Part shown: positions 10,718-19,963 of the stretch, piece after piece
Position numbering within the stretch: position 1 is the first letter of the stretch
Layout: each line of letters starts with the position of its first letter
NCBI GenBank assembly: GCA_965206595.1
Contig: OZ242214.1
Coordinates: 4,864,001 to 4,928,000 of the forward strand
From: Candidatus Latescibacterota bacterium
GTDB taxonomy: Bacteria > Latescibacterota > UBA2968 > UBA8231
DNA length: 64,000 nt
Reading direction: 5' to 3'
Notes under the pieces: generated by a model
Database searches by the model: none
What the model was told of the DNA's origin: nothing
The model's input: only the letters and a program-made list of their open reading frames with translations
Position numbers and translations under genes: made by a program

Positions 10718-11554
10718 TCACCCCCGCCCGGGCGACCGGAAACCGGCGGGCAACCCCTGCTGGTCGTGGTCGTGGACCTTCTCCGAGAAACAGGGCCACG
10801 CCTGCCCGCCCATGTGCTCCCACTCCTCGCCGCACAGCCAGACGAGCATCTGCGCCGGAGGAACGGTGAATCCGGGAAACTCGTTGGGCGGCCAGGAAAA
10901 GCTGAAGCCAGGGTCGGTCTTCCAGTCGCGGCAGGGCTCCGAGGTGCGCCAGTAGTTGTACTTGAGGTTGTTGCGGATGCCGCTGCGGGTGCTGGCGCTG
11001 CGGCGGTGCCAGATCGTATAGCAGGTCAGGAATATGGTGCCGGCCGGCGCGATCGTGAGAAACGAGTCGCGCACGCTGCGGAGGCGGCTGAGGATGCCGC
11101 CGTAACCCCGCTTGAGGTGGCTGCCGGGCAGTATCTCGGTCGGCCCCATCTCTCGCGGCACGTCCTCGGGGTAGTAGAACACCTGCAGGTAGTCGACCCG
11201 CGGGGTCAGCATCGAGCCGCCGTCCTGGTGCCAGTTGAGGGCCGGCGCCGGGCACTCGACCCGGTGGTTGGCCATCAGCGCCGGAAGCACGAAGTCCTTG
11301 CCGAGAAGGGAGCGCACCGCCCCGGCCGCTTCCGGGTTGCGGATCACCCCCTGTGCGAACCACTCCTCGTCGAGGATCTCCGACGGCTCGGGGGAGTCGT
11401 GCTCGTCGAGGAACTCGACGGTGCGGCAGTTGACCTCGTCCGGGACCACCCCCTCGAGCATCGCGTAGCCCCTTCTGCAGAAATCCATCACCTGCCGGTC
11501 GTCGAGGGTGGGCGGGCAGTCCCAGGTCTGGCCGGCGACCACGGCGCCGTTCAT
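10718..11554 (-). CDS. PhyH family dioxygenase
   Basis: Real C-terminal part of the 1041-aa ORF: WHQDGG, GPTEILPGSH, IWHRR; ATG 11554 overlaps the upstream stop (ATGA). Confidence 0.8.
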   Translation of the reverse strand: MNGAVVAGQTWDCPPTLDDRQVMDFCRRGYAMLEGVVPDEVNCRTVEFLDEHDSPEPSEILDEEWFAQGVIRNPEAAGAVRSLLGKDFVLPALMANHRVECPAPALNWHQDGGSMLTPRVDYLQVFYYPEDVPREMGPTEILPGSHLKRGYGGILSRLRSVRDSFLTIAPAGTIFLTCYTIWHRRSASTRSGIRNNLKYNYWRTSEPCRDWKTDPGFSFSWPPNEFPGFTVPPAQMLVWLCGEEWEHMGGQAWPCFSEKVHDHDQQGLPAGFRSPGRG

Positions 11555-11907
11555 TTCTCGAGTATGAATTCCCATTTCATGCCCCCGTAGTCGGGATCGA
11601 GGTAGGCCAGGGCCATCTCGGGAAACTTGACGATGCGCCAGCCGTCGCTCATCGCCTCGAGAACGGTCTGGTAGGGCCAGTCGTCCGGGTCGTCCGGCGC
11701 GTCGAGCACCACCGCGTCGTCGACGATGGCCATGCCGATGACGGGCGACTCGAGGTCGGTGGTGTGGGTCTGGAGATAGAGCAGCCGTTGTACTGCCGGG
11801 GTGCGGTCCTGCTTCAGGCGGTCGAGGGTCTGCTCGAGGTCGGCGGGGGTGAGCGCCCCCCGCTTGAGCTGCCCCAGCCACTGCGAAACCTGGGCGGCGT
11901 CGATCAT
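11551..11907 (-). CDS. Hypothetical 118-aa protein coupled to PhyH
   Basis: High GC3 codon usage, ATGA overlap with the PhyH gene, WPYQTVLEAMSDGWRIVKFP motif. Confidence 0.7.
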   Translation of the reverse strand: MIDAAQVSQWLGQLKRGALTPADLEQTLDRLKQDRTPAVQRLLYLQTHTTDLESPVIGMAIVDDAVVLDAPDDPDDWPYQTVLEAMSDGWRIVKFPEMALAYLDPDYGGMKWEFILEK

Positions 11908-12199
11908 GGTCTTCGGTGGTTTGTTCCGAGGGAGGTTCGCAGGATGCTAACGCACCATCAGGAAGGCGGCAAGCGAGGGTTCTCGCCTGGGTGCGGGCCG
12001 GACAGTTTATTCCCTGCGACGCATCGCCGGCACGGACCGGTGACCTCGTCGAAAATCCCGCCTTCACACGGTTATTTGGCCAATGCCGAGATTCGCCAAA
12101 GGTGCAAATCAGAAGCAGTCGGGCGCCCGGAATACCCTCGGAAAAGAGGCACGAGCACCTGCGATACCAGATCAAGAGGCTGCGATCGCCCCTGATGTC

Positions 12200-12503
12200 A
12201 TGGACAGCGTCGTAAGCACAATCGTGCAGAACTGCGATCCTGAAATGATCGCCCTGTTCGGTTCGGCGGCCACGGGGAGGACCCATCAAGACAGCGATCT
12301 CGATCTGCTCGTGGTCATGGATTCCACCCTGCCACGCCCACAGGCGGGCCGCCCCGATTCGCCTGCTGTTCTCACCGTATCCTTGTCCTATGGACATCCT
12401 GGTGTACACGCCGGACGAAATCGAGAAGTGGCGGGAAACGACAAACCATATCGTGACCGAGGCCCTCGAGTCTGGGAAGGTCTTGTATGAGCGGCTTGGA
12501 TAA
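12200..12503 (+). pseudogene. Minimal nucleotidyltransferase (MNT antitoxin) with a +1 frameshift at ~12338
   Basis: LFGSAATG...DSDLDLLVV. After removing one C the frame continues HRRAAPIRLLF...MDILVYTPDE...GKVLYERLG* (TAA 12501-12503). Start codon uncertain. Confidence 0.75.
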
Positions 12504-12531
12504 GCTCGCGGCCCAATGGCTGGCGAAGGCC
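12487..12531 (+). pseudogene. N-terminal remnant of a HEPN partner
   Basis: ATG overlapping the MNT end encodes MSGLDKLAAQWLAKA, resembling the first helix of MNT-linked HEPN proteins; the similarity then ends. Confidence 0.5.
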
Positions 12532-12613
12532 GGCCTTTGCACGCCACGATGGCATTGTCGTCATAGTCGGGTGAAGCGGCCCTGTACAGCCTGATGGATC
12601 CGTCTGGTAGAAA

Positions 12614-14360
12614 ATGCGGCTGACACACGAAGCCTGGGGAAAGACCGACAAGGAGGGAGGCGGCGTTCACCCGCTGGCGCATCACTGCATGGATGTGGCA
12701 GCGGTGTTCGAGCGGCTGTCGGAACTGCCCGTCATCCGCGACCGGCTTGAGATGGCTGCCGATGCGCGGCTGACAGATGCGGATTGCCAGCAGCTGTCCG
12801 CCCTCGTGTTCCTGCACGACATCGGAAAACTGCATCCGGGTTTTCAGGCGAAGGGCTGGTCGGCCGGCATGTGGCACGGCTCGACCCGGGGACATCTGAA
12901 AGAAGGTTGGGCGTTCCTGGAGCTGGCCGCGAAACGGTCGCAGCACCCATTCCACGAAACGGTGCGACGGATAATGGAATGGGGGGAGGCTGTCGTCCCT
13001 CTTTTTTCGGCGATTATCGCTCATCACGGACGCCCTGTAGAGCCACCGTCGGCTCCGATGCTTAAGGAGTGGCCGTGTCTTCCACATTACGACTGGCAGG
13101 CAGAGACCGGTGTGATGTGCGCAGCCCTTCATCGCTGGTTCGCCGGAGCTGTTGAATCCGGCGGAGAACCTTTGCCCGGCAATCCCCGCTTTCACCACGC
13201 GGTCGCCGGTCTGGTGTCGCTGGCCGACTGGATCGGTTCGGATAGGAGATTCTTCCGTTTCACCGATCCGTTCGACCTTTCCTACAACTCGGTGGCGCGT
13301 GATGCCGCACGGAAAGCGCTGAAGACGATCCGCTTGGACCCGGGCGCTCTCCTCACTCGTCCCGCGCCGGACTTCCACACACTGACGGGGTTTCCCGAGG
13401 CAAATCCGGCACAGGCCGTGGTGGGCGATGTTGGGCCGGAAGCCCGGCTGCTGATCCTCGAAGCCGAAACCGGCTCGGGCAAAACCGAGGCTGCGCTGTG
13501 GCGCTTCACCCAGCTTCTGGTGGCAGGAGCAGTGTCGGGACTCTACTTCGCTGTGCCGACGCGCGCCGCGGCCAGGCAGCTTCACGGCCGCGTGGACATG
13601 GCAGTGCGCCGGGTATTCGGCGCGGCGGCACCCGAAGCCGTACTGGCCATCCCCGGGATGCTGAGGTCGGGGCAGTTCGAAGGCCAACGCCTTCCCCATT
13701 GGGACGTAAGATGGGACGACGATACGACATCGGCCCCGCAGCGATGGGCTGCAGAGCACGCAACGCGGTTCCTGGCGGCACCGGTCGCTGTGGGGACGGT
13801 TGACCAGGCGATGCTCGCCGGCCTGCAGGTAACGCACGCGCACCTACGCGGCAGCGCATTGAACCGCAGTCTTCTGGTCATCGACGAGGTTCACGCTTCC
13901 GACGCTTACATGACGGAGGTTCTGGCGCAGCTTCTGGAAGGACACCTTGCCACCGGCGGATACGCGATGCTGATGTCCGCGACCCTGGGCTCCCGGGCAC
14001 GGGTGCGCTGGACCAGAGAATCGTTGCCGGAGTTCGGAACCGCGATGGAGACGCCCTATCCGGCGGTCTGGGTAAAAGGAGAAAACAGCCCGCGTTCGGC
14101 ACCGGATGGGGGGCGCCCCAAGAGGGTGCATCTCGAAACCGTGCCGACGATGGACCCGGCGGAGACCGCGCGACGTGCCGTCTCCGCAGCGGAGCAGGGA
14201 GCGCGGGTCCTAGTGATCCGCAATACCGTTGACATGGCAGTCGACACTTGGCGCGGTGTTAGGGAATTCGGTTCCGAAACGCTGCTAATGCAGGTGGCCG
14301 GGGGGCCGGCGCTGCATCACGGACGCTTTGCCGTTGAGGACCGCGCGCTGCTTGATCGCG
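12614..14360 (+). pseudogene. cas3: Type I (I-E-like) Cas3 HD nuclease-helicase, C-terminally truncated
   Basis: WGK...HPLAHHCMDV, LHDIGK, AHHG, LADWIGS, EAETGSGKT, DEVH, MSAT, IRNTV, HGRF. After EDRALLDR the ORF reads antisense integrase sequence to 14665; helicase motifs V/VI are absent. Confidence 0.88.
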
Positions 14361-14611
14361 GCCACGATCTGGGAACACGTGGCCGGCGCCGGCGATTTTT
14401 CCTCGTCGGCGAAAAGGTGGGCGAGATAGACCGCCACGACGGTATCGGTGACCGGCCGGCCGGCAATCGCCTCGTCGAACTTGGCCAGCGCGTATCGGTA
14501 GGCCCGTTTCGTGTTGACCGCGATACTGGAGTCGACGAGCCGGTGGACCTGCCTAGAGACGGGAAGCGACGGGGTCTCTTCGAGGGCGATCAGTGCGGTG
14601 TTCGAATCCAT
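14351..14611 (-). pseudogene. N-terminal (core-binding) fragment of a Cre-like tyrosine recombinase
   Basis: SIAVNTKRAY...VAVYLAHL...SPAPATCSQIVAAIK is typical of integrase N-domains; no catalytic domain follows. Confidence 0.65.
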
Positions 14612-14730
14612 TGGGGGCGGCCCTTCCTGGATGGTGGGATTACATCACCTTATGCCAGAACATGACATCAGGCGGAAGGGCGGGCTACTTGTCGTGAAAA
14701 ATACGAGCCTATCCAGATTTTTTTAACAAG

Positions 14731-14991
14731 CTATCTCTTGCGGTAGGCGGAGGCTCTGGGCTTGATCCCGGTGACCTTAAGGGATCTTTCCGGTTCACTG
14801 ACTGTGTAGATGATTCGGGCTCCCTTGACCTTCACCCGGCGAAATCCCTGGAATTTCCCTTTCAGCCTCTTTCCTGCGTAGGGATTTGTTTTTAGCTCGT
14901 CTATGGCCTCTTCAACCTGCTCAAACAGGGGTTTCGGCCACCCTCGGATCGTCCTCAATGCCTTCCCGCTCACGGAAACGGCGTATTCCAT
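14731..14991 (-). CDS. RelE/ParE family toxin
   Basis: 86 aa basic protein: IDELKTNPYAGKRLKG...RRVKVKGARIIYTV...GIKPRASAY. Confidence 0.8.
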   Translation of the reverse strand: MEYAVSVSGKALRTIRGWPKPLFEQVEEAIDELKTNPYAGKRLKGKFQGFRRVKVKGARIIYTVSEPERSLKVTGIKPRASAYRKR

Positions 14992-15100
14992 CTTTCGCTT
15001 CCTCCCACTCTACCCACTCCGTAGAAGGATCATCGAGGATCGCCTTGGCTTCCTCAGTCTCATCTTTCTGCGGTTTGTGGCCTTTCGCGTCTCGCGCCAT
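14921..15100 (-). CDS. Small acidic putative antitoxin (59 aa)
   Basis: Below the ORF-track cutoff. AAAGGAG RBS, then MARDAKGHKPQKDETEEAKAILDDPSTEWVEWEEAKDGIRR...; upstream of and overlapping the RelE gene. Confidence 0.55.
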   Translation of the reverse strand: MARDAKGHKPQKDETEEAKAILDDPSTEWVEWEEAKDGIRRFREREGIEDDPRVAETPV

Positions 15101-15623
15101 GCCCGGATCTCCTTTTGACGTTACCTAAGGATTATCACAAGTAGCAACGACCTTGTCAACGTTTTGGGCTTTCCCGATACTTGCTGAAACCTTCGGCGGA
15201 AACAGGAACTCCGTAGAGAATGGAAAGAAAAAAGAACAAAGAAGCAGCGGCGACCGTCGCCACCCGGCCCTGGCCGTTTGCCCGGTTCTGGCCGAGGCTG
15301 GGGGCCTCCAGTGAGATGCGCTAAGAAGCGGGTGCTCAGCGAGAAATTCAGAACGTGTTGCCGGGCAAGCAAAATCTCCAAACCGGTATATCACAAGATT
15401 TTCGAGGAGCTTCAGGAGATAAAGAATCGGCTGGATCAGCTGGACCGATAGCCCTTCCCTCCCGGGGAAGTTTCTCATCTGAGACACTACCAATTTTTTT
15501 TGCATGAGCCCGAATAGCTCTCCTCCTAAAAAAATAATAGGGAACCCCCCAGGACGGAAGGATCCTGCCTGGGTGCCGCTGCTGAGCCGCGTCGTGGATG
15601 TGTTTCTCCATGTCGTTTTGTGA

Positions 15624-16235
15624 ATGAAATGGGAAGAAACTAAATGGGAAGAAACTAAATGGGAAGAAACTAAATGGGAAGAAACTAAAATGACCGCGGA
15701 TACCCTGACTCACCTGGCTCTAGACACCGGACTTATATGCACAATAGCGCGCTCTGAGATAGCCGACACGGTAATTGCCGAATTGCGTCCAGCATTATGC
15801 GAGGCTCTACTTGGCCCAGTTGGCCGGCCTGTCAACCTCCCGGGAACTGAATATTGTCTGACGACCGACGCCCTCCCGGAATCCTACCTGTCGTTCGATC
15901 TGCGTCTGAACCCCGGACACCTCCCTCTGGTAACCTGCTGGTGTCACGCGCGTTCAGACAACGTGGATCCGTTGTGGAAGCATTTTCAGGGAGAGATGCC
16001 GACCAAAGCCTACCCCACCAGGGAAAGTCGTTCCGAACTCAAAGAGTGGGAACGGATGCGCGACTTCCTCCTGCAACCACCGCTACCACTGCCGGCGACC
16101 TTGTCGCCCCCTTGGTTGATAACCGTAGAGCTGCACCCTTCCCCAGGGAAGTTCCTTTCCTGCAAGTTGGGAAATTGCGCGCGACGAATTGCTTGGTGCT
16201 GGTTGGAGAGGGAATGCCGTCATCCGTCGGGTTGA
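15624..16235 (+). CDS. Hypothetical protein of mobile-element origin (true start may be ATG 15690)
   Basis: 203-aa ORF in an AT-richer island; no family recognised. Confidence 0.5.
   Translation: MKWEETKWEETKWEETKWEETKMTADTLTHLALDTGLICTIARSEIADTVIAELRPALCEALLGPVGRPVNLPGTEYCLTTDALPESYLSFDLRLNPGHLPLVTCWCHARSDNVDPLWKHFQGEMPTKAYPTRESRSELKEWERMRDFLLQPPLPLPATLSPPWLITVELHPSPGKFLSCKLGNCARRIAWCWLERECRHPSG
15627..15686 (+). repeat. Perfect tandem repeat, 4 x 15 bp (AAATGGGAAGAAACT)
   Basis: Read directly; encodes (KWEET)4 in ORF 15624-16235. Confidence 0.95.
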
Positions 16236-16244
16236 TACCATCAT

Positions 16245-16640
16245 CTGGTCACGGGCCTCTGGAAATCGCCTCCCACGGGGTTCGCCCTTTGTCTACTGGC
16301 CGTCTTTTTTGCGTCTTGCAGTACTGAGCTTACGGAGAAGGAGAGGGAGGAGGAGTGGGTGATGAAGGGAAAAAAAGAAGTCAAGAACAAACTGCGTGAT
16401 CCCGATTCTGCCAAGTTCCGCGATGTTTTTTTGAACCGGGGAGAAGGTGCTAACAACCTGCCAATAACTTGTGGGGAGGTTTCCAGCAATGATGGATTGG
16501 GCACAGGTTACCAGAAGTTTATTTCCGACGGTAGCTCAAGTACTACTTATCTGGAGGAGGAGGTAGATGGAGATTTTAATGATTTGTGGGATCTCTTTTG
16601 CGGATCGCCATCTGTGTCTTACGAGCTAAAGAGAAGATGA
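16245..16640 (+). CDS. Putative phage-type lipoprotein (LRDPDSAKF family)
   Basis: VKNKLRDPDSAKFRDV...CGEV...GYQKFI. The frame is open upstream of 16359 and encodes FALCLLAVFFASC (lipobox). Start codon uncertain (CTG 16245?). Confidence 0.5.
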   Translation: MVTGLWKSPPTGFALCLLAVFFASCSTELTEKEREEEWVMKGKKEVKNKLRDPDSAKFRDVFLNRGEGANNLPITCGEVSSNDGLGTGYQKFISDGSSSTTYLEEEVDGDFNDLWDLFCGSPSVSYELKRR

Positions 16641-16710
16641 ACCTCTGAAGCATTGGGCATCCGTGGTTAGCTGGGGCAAGGGAATCAACAACCTTATAAA
16701 GTAAGTATTG

Positions 16711-17447
16711 GGGGTATCCATTTAACTGGACCCACTCTTGATTGCCCGCCACGGTCGGTTCGCCGCCGGACGTTCCAAGCTCGCCGGGCGTCCACGTTGG
16801 GTCGGTGGTACGGGTCGTACTTTGCGGGGGCGCCGGCTGGCGACGAGATCCCGATAGCGTACAGGCGCGTGGCCGACAGCCAGCTCGAGCACGCGATAGA
16901 ACACCCTACCCCGGCTGCGAGAGCGGCGGCGGTTGAAGCGGAACACGAACTCGTCGAGGTAGCTGATCAGGTGGGCGTCGTCGACGGAGCCCTGGTGAGT
17001 CCCCAGCAGCCAACGCTTGGCCAACGAGGCGACGCGATGTACGGCGGGCAACCGCTTGTGGGGATCGTCGCCACGAGCGCGCTCGGCGCCCTGGCTGCGC
17101 CTTTCCTGTTCGTAGCCGAGCTGCGCCAGACCCTGATAGGCCGGCCAACCGTCGGTGAGGATCGTCGAGCCGGGTTCAATGTGGTCGATCACGAAGCCGT
17201 GAAGGGACTGGGCCGACGCATCGGCCAGCGGCGAGATTCGGCAACGGCCAAGACCCTTTGGCTCCCGGAGCTCCACCGCGATTCCGGTCAGCACCTTCTT
17301 GCCTTTGGCGCGGCCTCCTGCCAGCCCTGGCTCGACACCGCCGATGTAGGTCTCGTCCACCTGGACCGTCCCGGTCAGCAACTCACGACCGGGACGTACC
17401 AACACCGACCGCAGCCGGTGCAGCATCGCCCAGGCGGTCTGATACGA
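16711..17447 (-). mobile_element. IS1595 family (ISXO2-like DDE) element, 5'-truncated
   Basis: SYQTAWAMLHRLR, VQVDETYIGG, TDGWPAY, YLDEFVFRFNRR. The N-terminal zinc ribbon is missing. GGGGTATCCATTTA beside the stop is the likely surviving terminal repeat. Confidence 0.85.
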
Positions 17448-17697
17448 TCAGTGATCAGGGGCTTTTCTCAACCTCTGACGGCGAATGAGTTTCTCATTCG
17501 AATTACTGCTTCCTCTGCCCATGCCTGTCTACTGTCTACCACCTCGGTTTCGCAATCGTAATCTTGTTCCCCTCCATAACTATGTGCGAGGTACATGTAC
17601 CTATCTGGGGGGAGGGACCGCGTCATCGAACTGCTGCGCTTGATCAGTATGCCTACGCGAGGCTGCGTAGTCTTTGATGAATTTTTCAGTCAGATTC

Positions 17698-19584
17698 TCA
17701 AGGCTGAAACGGCACCGGGATCCTGCCACCGTGCCACGGGAAGGCGTAACCCGGCCGGTTGGCGAAACGGCGCAGCCCTATCTCGAGACGGATGCCGGTC
17801 TCCGGGGGGAGCCGCACCGCGAGGTGCCTGGAGTTTACTGCCGGCGGCCGTTCCCCCGCCCCGTCCCAGGTCAGATCGGTGAACCTGTGCTCGCCGAAGG
17901 CTCCGGCCTGCACAACGAGGTTGCGGGTCGCGGCTCCCGTGTTGACCAGCTGCAGCCCCACCCGCTCCGCCTGCAGCAGATCGACGAAGGCGGCGACGTC
18001 CTCGGGCAGGCCGGGACGCCGGGCGTCGGCGTCGAAGTGACGGACCGTCGACCGCAGCAGGCCGCCGTTGTAGATGCTGTGCGGCGATCCCGTCGTCATC
18101 TGCGTCAGTCCCTTGGTCACCACGGGATTGGGGGGATTCCGGTTCTCTTCGCCGATGGCCTCGACGTCGCGGCTATCGGCGCGGATCGCCTCCGCGGTTT
18201 CCTGCACGTAGCGGAGCTCTCCCCGCATCACCTGCACCGGCCAGTCGGGATTGCGGCCGTCGTAGTACTGGAAGCGTGAGTACTCTGAGTCTCCCTCGCG
18301 GTTGTTCTTCTCGCCGAACGAGTCGAGTTGGTTCCAGTCTCCCTGCCGGTCTCCGGCGCGCAGCCGCTCGATCAGCTCGTAGTCGCGCCGTTCCATCGAG
18401 GCGTGCCAGAGGTGGACGGCGTCGACAATGCGGAAGCGCCGGAAGTGGTACCAGCCGTCCGGGCCGTAGCGGTGGGGCAGCAGGAGCTGGCCGTCGCTGT
18501 CGCTGACGGCGTTGTCGAACAGCAGCCGCAACTGCGAGCGCAGGACATCGAGGTATCCGTAGTCCCCGCTCAGCAACAGGGCGCACTCGGCGCCGACTAT
18601 GGTGCCGTTGAGCATGATCCGGGGAGAGAAGCGGCTGTTCCAGCCGTAGTACCCGCCCCACCACTGGCCGCCGCGGTTTTCGCCGATCTCCCCGGTAGGC
18701 CCGACGTTGTCCGGCATGATGCCGCGGTTCTTCCGCATCCGCTCGATCCAGACCTCGACGTAGTCGAGCACCCACTGCCGGTACTTCTCCTCGCCGGTGT
18801 AGAGATAGGCGTTGGCGACCAGGGCGGTGGCCGCCATGTTCTGGGGGACGTCCCCGTCGAGCACGACCTCGCCGACGAGGCGGACGATCTCGGCGCGGCG
18901 CTGCGGATCGCGGTCCCAGTCCAGCTCGAGCTCCCCGAAAAAAGGATGAAGGCTCGCCCGGATCCCGTAGAACCGCTCCTTCTCCCAGTCCCTGGCGGTG
19001 AGGAGCGTCTTTGCGAGGTGCCGGTCCGCCTGCAGCCGGGGGCCGCGGCTGGTCGTCACCGGGGAGCGCAGGATGCGGCGCCGGCGGTCGTAGTTGGGGG
19101 CCTGTGGGTCTTCGCCGGTGAACATCGCGGCGAAGCGGCGGGCGCGGCGGACGTTCTCCGAGACCGCGGGGGAAGCGACGCCGAAGTCGTAGAACAGCAT
19201 GTTCCCCTCGCTCTGGTGATGCCACTCGGTGTCGTTGTAGTACTCGTTGTGAAGCTGCTGTCCGAATTGCGGGTGCCTGCGGCTGACGATGCCGTCGTCG
19301 CAGAATCTCGTGACCGCGTTGTACTCCTGCAGGGCCCAGGTCAGCAGTTCTTCGCGGCCCCCGAGGGCACGGAAAAGCCCCCAGTTGTAGAACATCTCGT
19401 ACAAGTCGTCGACGTCGTCCGCGTAGTACGGAACGCCCCCGGGCTCGGTGTACTTCTCGATATGGAGCGGCGCGGCCTCGTTGACGGCGTCGATCAGCCG
19501 CCGCTGCAGGAGCGCCCACTCCGGCGCCGGCACCTTCCGGGACGCCGTTACCGAGACCAAGTCCCCGTCCACGGTTCTGATCAT
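17698..19584 (-). CDS. Hypothetical 628-aa protein, probable helical (alpha/alpha-barrel-like) enzyme
   Basis: Long ORF with native codon usage; DDLYEMFYNW, EWHHQSEG, MPDNVGP, WWGGYYGW, QAGAFGEH motifs; AAGGAG RBS. Confidence 0.7.
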   Translation of the reverse strand: MIRTVDGDLVSVTASRKVPAPEWALLQRRLIDAVNEAAPLHIEKYTEPGGVPYYADDVDDLYEMFYNWGLFRALGGREELLTWALQEYNAVTRFCDDGIVSRRHPQFGQQLHNEYYNDTEWHHQSEGNMLFYDFGVASPAVSENVRRARRFAAMFTGEDPQAPNYDRRRRILRSPVTTSRGPRLQADRHLAKTLLTARDWEKERFYGIRASLHPFFGELELDWDRDPQRRAEIVRLVGEVVLDGDVPQNMAATALVANAYLYTGEEKYRQWVLDYVEVWIERMRKNRGIMPDNVGPTGEIGENRGGQWWGGYYGWNSRFSPRIMLNGTIVGAECALLLSGDYGYLDVLRSQLRLLFDNAVSDSDGQLLLPHRYGPDGWYHFRRFRIVDAVHLWHASMERRDYELIERLRAGDRQGDWNQLDSFGEKNNREGDSEYSRFQYYDGRNPDWPVQVMRGELRYVQETAEAIRADSRDVEAIGEENRNPPNPVVTKGLTQMTTGSPHSIYNGGLLRSTVRHFDADARRPGLPEDVAAFVDLLQAERVGLQLVNTGAATRNLVVQAGAFGEHRFTDLTWDGAGERPPAVNSRHLAVRLPPETGIRLEIGLRRFANRPGYAFPWHGGRIPVPFQP

Positions 19585-19654
19585 CTTGCGGGCTCCTTCT
19601 GTTAGCGCCGCTGCAATCCCTTCGACCTGCGCATTCTCGAGACCACCCGCCGCC

Positions 19655-19954
19655 CTACCTCGTCATCCGGTGCGAGGTGAACCAGCGCAGCAGCCGCGAA
19701 ATGAAGTTCGGCTGACTGTCGTCCATCCACTTCTGGTTCTGCTCGACGCCGTGGGCGTGCACGTAGCGGGCCGAGACGATGCTGTTGCGGGAAGGACCGC
19801 AGACCGCTCCCTGGACGAAGGCGTGACTGAAGGCGGCGCCGCGCGCCGCCAGGCGGTCGAGGTGGGGGGTGATCATGTGCGGGTACCCGTAGCGGCCGAG
19901 CGTGTCCCAGCGCTGCTGGTCGCTCATGACCAGGAGGATGTTGGGTCTGTCCAC
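19655..19954 (-). pseudogene. Sulfatase fragment (99 aa)
   Basis: RPNILLVMSDQQR, TPHLDRLA, CGPSR (CxPxR); about a fifth of the normal length. Confidence 0.8.
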
Positions 19955-19963
19955 GGACCCGGC

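Noticed and set aside
10718-13843. 1041-aa minus-strand ORF as one giant protein
   Set aside because: Only the last 278 aa (PhyH) look real; the rest is antisense to cas3/MNT or out of frame with the 118-aa gene.
15627-15686. CRISPR array associated with cas3
   Set aside because: The repeats are contiguous 15-mers with no spacers; no repeat-spacer array was seen anywhere in the window.
16233-16235. TGA readthrough (Sec) fusing ORF 15624-16235 to the downstream in-frame ORF
   Set aside because: No redox-motif context or clear SECIS, and a lipoprotein signal follows, indicating a separate gene.
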